This document shows positions 9,242 to 18,237 of a stretch of DNA of 64,000 nt, one piece after another. Made by a program: the position numbers and the translations under genes. Source of the DNA: a virus. Under the pieces are notes generated by a model. It was not told the origin of the DNA. It was given only the letters and a program-made list of their open reading frames with translations, and did no database searches. Each line of letters starts with the position of its first letter. The stretch's first letter is position 1. The stretch is from IMG/VR virus record IMGVR_UViG_3300034691_000037, positions 1-64,000 of that record; one strand, 5' to 3'.

Positions 9242-9971
9242 CTTGAGTCCCCGTTTGACCCATGTACTTGCCACCGCGGTCTTTATAGCTGACTTCGCAA
9301 GGCTCGTTACCTTGGAGGAACAACAGCTGGGCAATGCCGGTTTCCAGGTAGATGCGCATAGGCAACTCTACCAGGTTAGCGATCTCCAGCACCAGCTCGC
9401 CTTCCCACTCAGGTTCCAGCGGGGTAACAATCGGCATCATCGCTACACGGGCGTACGTGCTCTTACCCAGACACATGACAAGGATGTCACGAGGGATGGC
9501 AAACGATTCCACGGTGTGGCCCAGCGCTACAGACTTTGGCGGCAGGACAAAGTAGTGCAGCTTGAACTCTTCATCGTACTGAACGATTGGTTCTTTGTAC
9601 GCCTCAGGGGACATACGCATCGGATCGATGATGGCCGAGTTGATGTTGGTAAAGATCTTCAGACCTTCTTTCTTCATCCGGATGTCGTAGCCAAACGAAC
9701 TTGTTCCGTAGCTTATTACTTTAACGTCACCAATAAATCGAACTGCTTGCGGCTCGAACGGCGTAATCATTGGTTTCCAATTTACACGTTTAAGCGCTTC
9801 AGGGGTAGCGTCAATCAGCCGTGCGTAGGAACGCGCTACCCATTGCTCAACACATTCAGCTGTGTGCGTAACACCGGAGATTACAGGACTGTGTTTACCA
9901 TCATTCTCCAACAGCAAATGACTTGGTTTCATGCAGCGTTCTTTGATTTGCCGATCTGATAAAAGTGCCAT
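9228..9971 (-). CDS. dcd: dCTP deaminase
   Basis: MALLSDRQI, ISYGTSSFGYDIR, GKSTYAR, TPLEPEWEG, GIAQLLF, SYKDRGGKYMGQ. Confidence 0.93.
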   Translation of the reverse strand: MALLSDRQIKERCMKPSHLLLENDGKHSPVISGVTHTAECVEQWVARSYARLIDATPEALKRVNWKPMITPFEPQAVRFIGDVKVISYGTSSFGYDIRMKKEGLKIFTNINSAIIDPMRMSPEAYKEPIVQYDEEFKLHYFVLPPKSVALGHTVESFAIPRDILVMCLGKSTYARVAMMPIVTPLEPEWEGELVLEIANLVELPMRIYLETGIAQLLFLQGNEPCEVSYKDRGGKYMGQTGTQDAIL

Positions 9972-10040
9972 GTACAGAATCCTTTTAAATAACATAGAAG
10001 ACGGAGGGCTCATACAGCCCCCCGTTGCGTCATTAAATAC

Positions 10041-10358
10041 TCAGTAGATATCGAAACTCCACGTCTTGCCTTTACCCTTACTGACGTAGAGCGTTTCCTT
10101 GTCGTAATGGACGTCGACATCAATACCGAATTTCTCCAACATCTTGAGTCGGCGATAAATGCCTTTCAGATGTATGCCTTTTGGAATACAGCTGAAGTCG
10201 TTCTTTGCAAAGCATGTCGAAACAGCCGTGCACCAATCAAGCATTTCTTTACGTTCGTCATAGCGCACTGAGCTAAGCTTTAGCCAGATAAGTACGATGA
10301 CTAGGAAGCTAAGCGCCACAAGAACTCCGTGCGCCTCAACCCCGAAAAACTCGTTCAT
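10041..10358 (-). CDS. Membrane-anchored hypothetical protein
   Basis: N-terminal TM helix. Confidence 0.7.
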   Translation of the reverse strand: MNEFFGVEAHGVLVALSFLVIVLIWLKLSSVRYDERKEMLDWCTAVSTCFAKNDFSCIPKGIHLKGIYRRLKMLEKFGIDVDVHYDKETLYVSKGKGKTWSFDIY

Positions 10359-11389
10359 TGATAGACCTTCAATACGGTGGAGGCTTCGGCGTCGAGATAA
10401 CGGTCAACGACCATTTCCATGAATTGAACATGCATGGAGTGGATGATCGTTTGCGGAATACCCGAGATCCCGAATTGGTTACAGAACTCGAAAATACCCC
10501 AGTGTCCGTCGTTTGTAACGAACAGGTCAATCGAACTCATTGGTCCAACCGCATGGCGGCACAGATAGTTGAGCATGTCACGTTCGACACACCCAGGCAT
10601 TTCATCAATGTCTACAATGGAGTCCTTGTCGATCAAAGCACCACCACCAGTAGCCTGAGGGAACACTGATTCTGGATCACGAATCCGACGCTTCTGAATA
10701 TAGGTGGGTTCGCAATCCTTGTTGGTGATGATGCGGTATTCGGTACCAATGTTTTCGACCACGGTCTGGACAATGACACCTTGCTCTTTGAGCGTGGTCA
10801 AACCTTCAAGCGGTTTGTTTTCACTACCGGTATGGTAAGTAACCGCGTCTTCATATTTGGCAAGGAACTCGGCCAACGATTCAGCGGTATATTCGCTAGC
10901 CAAAAGAGTGTTAAGGCTTTTGAGGAAAGCGTCGATGTTAACAAGATGTGTGTTAACAACAAACTGTCCGATGCCGCGAGCGCCGTCGTTTGGCTTAACA
11001 ACCATACGACCCGGCTGGATTGGGTAATTGCGACCACCCCAGCCTTGTTTCCAGGTGGGGACGTTAATGAAGAAGTTGCGTCGGGTTTGACCTGCAGAGT
11101 AAGCGGCGGCGGTTTGCTGCAAGAGGCAGTGCTGAACAATCTTACCATAGCGAGGGATTTCAACCAGGCGCCAGCTAGGGACAATACTGCCAAGCAGTTC
11201 TTGCTTGTACTTACCCGACACAAAGATATCGAAGTTGAAAACGGTCTTATCGCCGACCATGTTGAAATCAGGTGTGTTGTGGATTACAACCTCATCACCA
11301 TTCGCCAACGTGTGGCGCAAACCCAATACGCTGAAGTTATCCATGAATGGATCTACGGCAACAACGATAGTACGCTTAGCCATTTTCAA
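10355..11389 (-). CDS. ATP-grasp family protein
   Basis: VVKPNDGARGIGQ, IVQTVV, EYRII, SIDLF...IFEFCNQFG. Confidence 0.8.
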   Translation of the reverse strand: MKMAKRTIVVAVDPFMDNFSVLGLRHTLANGDEVVIHNTPDFNMVGDKTVFNFDIFVSGKYKQELLGSIVPSWRLVEIPRYGKIVQHCLLQQTAAAYSAGQTRRNFFINVPTWKQGWGGRNYPIQPGRMVVKPNDGARGIGQFVVNTHLVNIDAFLKSLNTLLASEYTAESLAEFLAKYEDAVTYHTGSENKPLEGLTTLKEQGVIVQTVVENIGTEYRIITNKDCEPTYIQKRRIRDPESVFPQATGGGALIDKDSIVDIDEMPGCVERDMLNYLCRHAVGPMSSIDLFVTNDGHWGIFEFCNQFGISGIPQTIIHSMHVQFMEMVVDRYLDAEASTVLKVYQ

Positions 11390-11394
11390 AACCC

Positions 11395-11838
11395 TTAATA
11401 ATGATTGCGTTTATTACGGTAGCCTTTGAACAGACCACCGCGTTCAAGATGAGGTACTTTCCCACAGCCGACACTCATACCACCACCCATACGGCTGTGG
11501 AACTGGCTACGAGTGCATTCACGCAGCGTTACGCGGTATTGGTCATTACGACCCACCGACTCTTCTGACACGACCTCAAAGCCATATGGAGAGACCAGGA
11601 TAGCTTTACCGCCATTGAACGGCTGGATGCAGGTGGTGTCGGTATCAGCGCGGTCTTGGAGTTCTTTCATCTCGTCAGTGAGATAGACGCCATAGGCGCC
11701 CATGAAGATCTCTTCTGCGATTTCGATCAGCAGGCGCCGGGCCATGTGCGGGTCAAGACCTTCTGCTAACGCTGAGATGCGATCAGTGAGGATCTGTTGG
11801 GCTTCTTCTTGAGTTGGGTACTTCTGTTCGTCAGTCAT
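11395..11838 (-). CDS. Hypothetical protein
   Basis: Coupled ORF between the HD and ATP-grasp genes. Confidence 0.7.
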   Translation of the reverse strand: MTDEQKYPTQEEAQQILTDRISALAEGLDPHMARRLLIEIAEEIFMGAYGVYLTDEMKELQDRADTDTTCIQPFNGGKAILVSPYGFEVVSEESVGRNDQYRVTLRECTRSQFHSRMGGGMSVGCGKVPHLERGGLFKGYRNKRNHY

Positions 11839-11841
11839 GCT

Positions 11842-12567
11842 TTATCCGTTTTGTAGCGCCAGCAGCTGCTGACCATATTTGATTTGTTCTTTGATGACCG
11901 TCTGTTTCAACTCGCGATGGATTGCGAGACCCGTGTGGGTGAACAGCTGCACTTCATCGTGGAATTTGGTTTGTCCTTCAATCATTCGATCAAAGGTTAC
12001 TTCGGCCGGGAATTTACCCGCATTAGCAAGTTCGGTATAAAGTCCGTGAAGGATGGGACCTGTTGCATCAGAGAAGCTGTACAGAAGATCGGCATCCCGA
12101 ATGATCTTCTCGGCCATGTAACGAGGCTCCTGGACGAATGGAAACTCGGTGACACGCACCAGTTCGCCAACGCGCCAAGGCTGAAGGTCTTTGAAGATCT
12201 CTTCAGCGACCTCTATGTATTCTGGAAGCGCCCGCCAGTGATCGAGTGATACCAGCGCCACTTTGATGTTTTCAACATCAGGGAGATACCCTGCACTATG
12301 ATCATAATCGTGCCACAGACATGCAATCATCAACGCCTTCAGCGTGAAGTCATGATGATCATCAGCTCGGTTTTCCTCACCCACCTCGACAGACCAGATC
12401 TTCCAGGCGAGTTGAGCGACACTAAACATGTGCTCGGTATTGTGGTAGGCGTTGATCTTTGCCGGGTTGGTTCGGCAGATATATTCCCACATTGGTGTCA
12501 GGCCCATCTGGTCCAACTTACGTAGGAACAGGATTTCTTCTATGCGTTTCGAAATGGACATAAACAC
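11842..12567 (-). CDS. HD-domain phosphohydrolase (PDEase-like motif set)
   Basis: YHNTEH, LWHDYDHS, IIRDADL. Confidence 0.85.
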   Translation of the reverse strand: MFMSISKRIEEILFLRKLDQMGLTPMWEYICRTNPAKINAYHNTEHMFSVAQLAWKIWSVEVGEENRADDHHDFTLKALMIACLWHDYDHSAGYLPDVENIKVALVSLDHWRALPEYIEVAEEIFKDLQPWRVGELVRVTEFPFVQEPRYMAEKIIRDADLLYSFSDATGPILHGLYTELANAGKFPAEVTFDRMIEGQTKFHDEVQLFTHTGLAIHRELKQTVIKEQIKYGQQLLALQNG

Positions 12568-12568
12568 C

Positions 12569-13297
12569 TCAGTTTTCGTCTTTGATGAGTTGCATGAATT
12601 CTTCGCTTAACGGCTTATCTTCAATAAGTTTAGCGCTAGGCGTGTGAAATGTCTCCAACGACATACCTTGCTTCAATAAGAAACGATGTTCTTCAACAGC
12701 GCGGGTGATACATGCGTGACAATGCTCGCAGGCACGCAACGCACCGCCCTCTTCCATAACTGGAAGTTCACACACCCACGTTAACTTGTAAAGCTCCCCC
12801 GGTAATTGCTTGAGGATATCGTACTTGCTGGTGATGCGCAGCGGGAATTCAAGTGGGATCGGATCGCCCATCTTACTGAACTTCCACAAAGACTTCCAGG
12901 CGTCTTGAATATCGTGTAAATGCTGACTGATCTCATCCCCCATTACGTACCCAATTTCAACACAACCGTGTTTTGTATAGTCAACTACCGCCAACGCTGA
13001 TACAAGCCAACCAATGGCCTGTCTCCACGATGCATGCTTAGCGGCCCCAAACTGTACCTCAACCTGATTATCCCGAACTTCAGTGATATCAGCAGGGTTT
13101 TCTTCAGTCGCGTGTTCTTCAATCCAAGCTTTAATCAGCTCACGCCGTTGCTTTTCACATTCTTGCTTGAATTGGGACTGACCACCCTTGGCGTAAAACA
13201 CATCGACAGCGCAACCCTCCTTCACCCGATTGTACAACAACCAGGTAGAGTCCAGACCACCAGAGAACAACATAAGAATTCGTTTGTCATCGCTCAT
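12569..13297 (-). CDS. QueC-like PP-loop ATPase
   Basis: LFSGGLDS PP-loop; TWVCE...CEHCHAC Zn site; start MSDDKR after AAGGA (upstream start at 13363 possible). Confidence 0.8.
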   Translation of the reverse strand: MSDDKRILMLFSGGLDSTWLLYNRVKEGCAVDVFYAKGGQSQFKQECEKQRRELIKAWIEEHATEENPADITEVRDNQVEVQFGAAKHASWRQAIGWLVSALAVVDYTKHGCVEIGYVMGDEISQHLHDIQDAWKSLWKFSKMGDPIPLEFPLRITSKYDILKQLPGELYKLTWVCELPVMEEGGALRACEHCHACITRAVEEHRFLLKQGMSLETFHTPSAKLIEDKPLSEEFMQLIKDEN

Positions 13298-13313
13298 GAA
13301 GCTTAAGTCCTTA

Positions 13314-13670
13314 TCAAGAGAGGATGATGTTGCCAATATTTTTGATATCGCCAGAAGGGTCACGGTGCAATGTCAGCAACCACTCCGACATGGTTTTGAT
13401 TGAATTGTAAGCCGTACTGCGCTGAAGAGAACGGAACTGCCCATCTGTCGTTTTCTTCAACCAGCAGATTTTTACCTTCTCTACCGAAATACCGGCTACT
13501 TCTGGGATCTGTTCATTGCGCCCACCGGGTGCCCAGCATTGAAAATGAACAGCCTGTAAATGAGACACCATCTTACCAGCTCGATCAACTGGGATAAACA
13601 GTTGCACATCTGGATTCTTGAAAGCATCGATGTAGTGCTCACGAGAAAGTAGTTCGATATTAATTGTCAC
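13314..13670 (-). CDS. Hypothetical protein
   Basis: GTG start after AAGGAG, downstream of promoter motif. Confidence 0.65.
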   Translation of the reverse strand: MTINIELLSREHYIDAFKNPDVQLFIPVDRAGKMVSHLQAVHFQCWAPGGRNEQIPEVAGISVEKVKICWLKKTTDGQFRSLQRSTAYNSIKTMSEWLLTLHRDPSGDIKNIGNIILS

Positions 13671-13715
13671 GATGTAACTCCTTGTTTTACGAATAATAAA
13701 TGGATATCTACCTAC

Positions 13716-13731
13716 GTAATGTATTGCTGTA
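13716..13731 (-). promoter_or_regulatory. Putative phage early promoter
   Basis: TACAGCAATACATTAC just downstream of a terminator. Confidence 0.65.
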
Positions 13732-13748
13732 GACACCTTCACTAGAAA

Positions 13749-13781
13749 CAAAAAAAAGACCTGCAGCGACTAACTGCAGGC
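13749..13781 (-). terminator. Intrinsic terminator
   Basis: cctgcag-cgactaa-ctgcagg followed by T-tract on the minus strand. Confidence 0.75.
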
Positions 13782-13787
13782 TGTGCA

Positions 13788-14729
13788 TCATTTTAATGAT
13801 GCGAGTTTGTGTGAATGCGGTACTTTAAACCCGGCGGATGTAACATGTCCACCACCACCATAATGCTCCGCTACCAGACTGACATCGATCTTATCCACTT
13901 CCCCACGTAGACTAAACTCACGATATTCTCGTGAGTCGAAGTAAGTTACGCCAAAATCGTTAGTCTTGGCTAGGATGTTGCCGATCTCGGATGCGTACAT
14001 TTTTGGGGCATTGACGGCTTCAACGACATATCCGCCAATCGTCATCTTAACGAGATTGTTATCGATCATCACCTTAATATTCTGCGCTTGCCCACGTAGC
14101 AATGCAGCACCCTCCACCCTGAGGTGGAATTTGGTCAGAGGATTTGCGACCCAATAGTCCCACAGCTCAAAACTACTAGGGTAGCTATAGACGGCAGTCG
14201 TTATTTCGCGAGTACCTTCCAACTTAAACTGCCACAGATCACGATCCTGAACATGGCGAATAATGTCCGGTGGTTGCTGACCTGGAAAGAAATGGTTCCA
14301 CGCTAGCATCGCACCACTGCGCGTCATATCGAAGCAACATGCGATGGCGGACTCACCTCTGGCGCGCTGTTTAGCAAATGCTGTTTCGCACCCAAAGAAG
14401 TGATCGGAACCATGTTGCATGTCGTTAACGCACCCAGCCGTAAACTTCGGAAAGGATGCGAGCGCCAAAGCTGCCGATTTGTGATGGTCGAGCACAAGGA
14501 CACTTTCAGCCTTATGACTCATTTCCACCAACTGGTCCGCACTATAGCTGAAGTCGACAATGATGACATGTTTGCCGGTGACGCCAGGTGCTTCACAACC
14601 GTAGTCAGCGCTGAAGAACTCAACGTCCTCACCCACCAGTCCTTTGCGCACCACCCACGCCGCGCCAAAACCGTCGATGCACTTATCGTGGTAGATACAG
14701 AGATATTTTTTCTTCTGTTGTTCTTGCAT
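13788..14729 (-). CDS. DHH/DHHA1 phosphoesterase
   Basis: IYHDKCIDG, IVDFS, LDHHKS, QDRDLW, GGGGHVTSAGF. Confidence 0.92.
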   Translation of the reverse strand: MQEQQKKKYLCIYHDKCIDGFGAAWVVRKGLVGEDVEFFSADYGCEAPGVTGKHVIIVDFSYSADQLVEMSHKAESVLVLDHHKSAALALASFPKFTAGCVNDMQHGSDHFFGCETAFAKQRARGESAIACCFDMTRSGAMLAWNHFFPGQQPPDIIRHVQDRDLWQFKLEGTREITTAVYSYPSSFELWDYWVANPLTKFHLRVEGAALLRGQAQNIKVMIDNNLVKMTIGGYVVEAVNAPKMYASEIGNILAKTNDFGVTYFDSREYREFSLRGEVDKIDVSLVAEHYGGGGHVTSAGFKVPHSHKLASLK

Positions 14730-14735
14730 TGCTCA

Positions 14736-14990
14736 CTACCTTTGTTTAAACAAATGACGATAGTTGGTTGAGACGTAAACGCCCATGGCGTAGAGGCATG
14801 CAAGAATCAATACCGCTGGCCAGCACACCATCACCAACCATACTTGCCAGTCGGGGATGTAAGTGATGCCTTGATCACGTTTATCCCAATCTTCAGGATA
14901 CTTGTAATAGATCCAGATTTCATGGGCAAACAAACCAATGACGCCAATGACCCATACAGCGATGAGTAAGTAACCGATATAGTCAAGCAT
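14736..14990 (-). CDS. Small 2-TM membrane protein
   Basis: Two hydrophobic helices; CWP motif similar to 24926..25207. Confidence 0.65.
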   Translation of the reverse strand: MLDYIGYLLIAVWVIGVIGLFAHEIWIYYKYPEDWDKRDQGITYIPDWQVWLVMVCWPAVLILACLYAMGVYVSTNYRHLFKQR

Positions 14991-15681
14991 GTTTTGCGAC
15001 CTTATCCCATCCGGGATGTTTCCACTGTGCCCGATCAACCACATTGGCTGTCAGCAAATATTGAGTACCAAGCTGTATCGCCAAATCTCGTGCTGCTCGC
15101 TTTGCTTCGTTAAGAGTCGGGATGCCTTCCTTGTGGAGTTCGTGGATGAAAGAGTTGGTCTCATTGAAGGGACCACGCTTTCGCGAGAAGTTCATTACGA
15201 TGGGATTGCCCGTTACGTGGGTCTGTTTGATCTTTCCATTGAGCATCCTGTACAGACGCATCAATGGATCTTCCCTGGACGCCATGGTTTGGATCGAGAT
15301 GAAATACTCACTCGTTTCAGGGTAAGTAAACAAGTTGATCTTGTAGCCGAGGCCGTCAGTACCACGAGTGTTCTGAACGACAAGCTTGCCTTTAAGGAGC
15401 ATGCGCAGTCGGTACTTGTGGACAGTCAAGCTAGCGACGTACCCAAGCGAACAGTAGAAGAACTCAACGCGATCTTCAGGAGAGATGGGATAACGTGCTT
15501 TAATAAGCGAACCAACTTCTCCATTAACTGCCTGATGCAGACGGCGCCGTAAGCTGTTGGCGCAGAGTACGTCAAAGTGATGATCGGACCTATCGCGGAT
15601 AAGTACCAGCCCACTACTTTCCGGCAGTGACTCTACTTCATTGCGACAGACTTGTTTAAAGTCATAAGAGCCAAATTTCAT
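14983..15681 (-). CDS. Hypothetical protein with degenerate GIY-YIG-like N-terminus; paralog of 31736..32404
   Basis: LPESSGLVLI...ANSLRRRL; C-terminal half aligns with the 31736 ORF. Confidence 0.6.
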   Translation of the reverse strand: MKFGSYDFKQVCRNEVESLPESSGLVLIRDRSDHHFDVLCANSLRRRLHQAVNGEVGSLIKARYPISPEDRVEFFYCSLGYVASLTVHKYRLRMLLKGKLVVQNTRGTDGLGYKINLFTYPETSEYFISIQTMASREDPLMRLYRMLNGKIKQTHVTGNPIVMNFSRKRGPFNETNSFIHELHKEGIPTLNEAKRAARDLAIQLGTQYLLTANVVDRAQWKHPGWDKVAKHA

Positions 15682-15733
15682 GATAAGATCCCTTGGTGGA
15701 TATATAAGCAGATGTCTTAGTTGATACTTACAG

Positions 15734-15763
15734 CATAAAGACCTGCCGAAGCAGGCCAGTATG
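15734..15763 (-). terminator. Hairpin ending the non-coding block
   Basis: cctgc-cgaa-gcagg with CATA/TATG flanks. Confidence 0.55.
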
Positions 15764-16360
15764 GGAGGTACTACTGCACTGATGCTCCATCCGGCTGCGA
15801 GGTCTTTTCCATCATCCTGATGTCCATATGTTCTATTCGCCCTTACGAGGGGTTGTAACAATCGCAATACGGTACCAGTACAGTATCTGCTGCAGCAGAT
15901 TAGGCGCCCGCGGCACGCACCTATTCGCTCCTGCCCGAGGCTTCGGCACGGCAGGAATTACTTAGTGGACCGCAGGCATAACACTTGAAACAGGCCCGAG
16001 AGGCGGGACTTGAACCCACGACCTTTACCCTGAGGAGCGACCTTAAGGTAACGTTCTAACCAACTGAAACTACTCTCGGATATAGCTACCCTCGTCCCGA
16101 AGGACCTGCCTACACTAGCAGCAACTAACCTTTAGGGTCAACGCTACAAATTGGGGTCCGGACCAAGACACTCCATTCCTACGACAGTTTAGAAGGTACA
16201 ACAAGGCCGGCTGACCCGTTTATACTCGGATAAGGTTTCCCAGCATCTATAAAGACGCAGCCGATAAATAGGCGCTCGCGCACCGGCGGTAGCGGCAACA
16301 AAATGGCCAGCTGCCTTAAGCCGCCACGTTACCCCCAGGCGCGAGCATTGCGGTTTCTCT
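15764..16360 (-). ncRNA. Putative structured non-coding RNA block surrounding the tRNA-like gene
   Basis: No credible ORF; multiple complementary stems and junctions visible by eye. Confidence 0.5.
15995..16079 (-). tRNA. tRNA-like gene with 17-nt anticodon loop (identity undetermined)
   Basis: Acceptor CCGAGAG/CTCTCGG, D arm GTTT-CAGTTGGTTA-GAAC, anticodon stem TTACC/GGTAA, variable AGGTC, T arm GTGGG-TTCAAGT-CCCGC, G73, no encoded CCA. Confidence 0.8.
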
Positions 16361-16366
16361 ACATAC

Positions 16367-16942
16367 CTATACGGGCTTTAGTAAATAGTTACTGGCATAC
16401 ATCTGTAACATAGACGTAGGAACGCCTAGCTTGTCGAGATCCGAAATGGTCGCTGTAACGTCATTCAGCACAAGCGTACCATTAGGGCGGTAAAGAATAC
16501 GTACGCTTTGAATGCAATCTGGCATATTTTCACTAAGCCACTTCATTCGAAACAGCGTGAGTTGCGCAACCTCTTCACTGACCGTGTTTTCAACCCAAGT
16601 GGAACTATTGCGGTGGATGGCCGAGTATGAATACTCATTACGTTCATCAACGACTTCCACTTGCCAGCGGCCAGCGGCTGTGTACAGGGAGACCTGATCG
16701 ACAATACCGCCAAGTTTTTTAGCCACCATCTTCAATAGGTCTGGGTGGTAGTTGTGGTCACCCATCAAAGACTTATTGCCACACAGTTCATCTAACAGGT
16801 CTGGATCGACATCTTCTACAGTGCCATTGGGGTGGATGACCTCAAGTCCGTACCACTTTGGATAGTTCTCCATTGTGATAACCGGTAACGTACCAACGGT
16901 TTGGCAGATCAGTGGAATCTTTCGCGATGATACAAACGTCAT
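16367..16942 (-). CDS. Hypothetical protein
   Basis: Start MTFVSS after GAGGG. Confidence 0.7.
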   Translation of the reverse strand: MTFVSSRKIPLICQTVGTLPVITMENYPKWYGLEVIHPNGTVEDVDPDLLDELCGNKSLMGDHNYHPDLLKMVAKKLGGIVDQVSLYTAAGRWQVEVVDERNEYSYSAIHRNSSTWVENTVSEEVAQLTLFRMKWLSENMPDCIQSVRILYRPNGTLVLNDVTATISDLDKLGVPTSMLQMYASNYLLKPV

Positions 16943-16958
16943 TTTGAAACCCTCGTTA

Positions 16959-17477
16959 TTACCAGCCAAGCCAAGAAAGTTGTTTTGTCTCTGGATAATA
17001 CCTGCCGGAATCACTGCGTTCAATAACCGCCATATGTCCAAAGAGGGCAGGGATGGGTGATGGGTCACCTAATTCAATAGACCGCTCGGTGCGAAGATGT
17101 GCATCACCGACAACAACGCACACAGTGCCCTTCAGACGATAACGTTCTATCATCTTCACCATGTGTCGCTCACGGCGTTTAAACTGCTCAGCGAGCGGTA
17201 GGTGCGTCAGCCCGTCTACATCCAGATCAATGCCCACTAACTTAATGTCGTGCGCAAGGCCTAATTCGTAAATGTCTTTGTTTAGCCGTGGGTCGCAGAT
17301 ACCTCCATCTTTACAATGATGGAGTCTTTGTTCAATGACTTCTTTGGTCAGAGCCAAATCGGCGTACAGCAATTCGTGCAAAAGGTAATCTGGTTTGATA
17401 TTGGCGATCTTTGCATCGATCTTTGCAATCTCCTTAAGTTTAGAATGATCCTCACCGAAGAAGTATAATTTTGACAT
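16959..17477 (-). CDS. EreA/ChaN/TraB(Tiki)-like metallohydrolase-fold protein
   Basis: FFGEDH, LLHEL, LVGID, RRERHM, VVVGDAHL. Confidence 0.6.
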   Translation of the reverse strand: MSKLYFFGEDHSKLKEIAKIDAKIANIKPDYLLHELLYADLALTKEVIEQRLHHCKDGGICDPRLNKDIYELGLAHDIKLVGIDLDVDGLTHLPLAEQFKRRERHMVKMIERYRLKGTVCVVVGDAHLRTERSIELGDPSPIPALFGHMAVIERSDSGRYYPETKQLSWLGW

Positions 17478-17529
17478 AGCGGTTACCTCAAAGACACCAC
17501 GGTCTTTTGACCGTGGTGTGTATGTCAAC

Positions 17530-18237
17530 TTACTGCGCGTTGAAGAAGGCACTAGCGTTGACAAGGATCTGGTCCTTGCGAACTATCGTATCGTACAGAT
17601 ACAGAGCACCTTCTTCGTTTTCCGATAATGGTTCTGGGATGTCGCCATGCCACAGCGCTTCCAGCGCAGTCCTGTTGTGGTTTGTTAGGAGATAACATTT
17701 GTGACTGAGCTTATCGTGCAATACAACGCCTTCGGCCCCACGCAACTGACCCAACGCTTTGTTCGTTTTGAAGAACTCACGGAAGATAGCAAGTTGCCGG
17801 TAAGTTAACCGAACTTCGCTAAGGATTTCAGCGGTGTTGGTAAACGAAGCCGGCAGTTTGAAGGACAGCGTGTCTTCAAGTTCACGACCAGGGTTGAAGA
17901 ACTCGTCGCTAACCTTAAAATTACGCACAGGCATAGCGAACTTTGAGTTTTCTATGCAGACGATGCTAGCCAGCCGCGATGGATCGTGAGTGCCATTCAC
18001 GACCAGACTTAACTTCAGATCCCCTGTGATCGGTTCGCCACTGATCAAGTCCATCACGTCGGTGCTGATTGCGACACCATCGCCGACCCAATCGTCTTTT
18101 GGAATTACGGGATATTCGTTACTGTCCCCAGGGATCGTGAGACACCAACCATCACGCTCAAAATATTTGAATTCCAACTCCACGTCATTCCCCTTGCTTA
18201 TTTTGGATAGCGGCGGCCAGAACGATACCTCGGACAT
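17530..18237 (-). CDS. Hypothetical protein
   Basis: Long ORF in gene string; start uncertain. Confidence 0.7.
   Translation of the reverse strand: MSEVSFWPPLSKISKGNDVELEFKYFERDGWCLTIPGDSNEYPVIPKDDWVGDGVAISTDVMDLISGEPITGDLKLSLVVNGTHDPSRLASIVCIENSKFAMPVRNFKVSDEFFNPGRELEDTLSFKLPASFTNTAEILSEVRLTYRQLAIFREFFKTNKALGQLRGAEGVVLHDKLSHKCYLLTNHNRTALEALWHGDIPEPLSENEEGALYLYDTIVRKDQILVNASAFFNAQ

Noticed and set aside
12569-13363. Complete 7-deazaguanine DNA-modification pathway
   Set aside because: Only a QueC-like gene is present; no folE, queD, queE or dpdA is recognisable in the window.
15820-15994. HDV-like/theta ribozyme downstream of the tRNA-like gene (hairpin followed by GCGAAT)
   Set aside because: I could not build P1, P3/L3 and the P1.1 GG in the required order by eye; only the J4/2-like word matches.
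15764-16360. tmRNA, RNase P RNA, SRP RNA, group I intron or twister/hammerhead ribozyme
   Set aside because: Their conserved core sequences were not found by inspection, so the block is left as an unassigned structured RNA.
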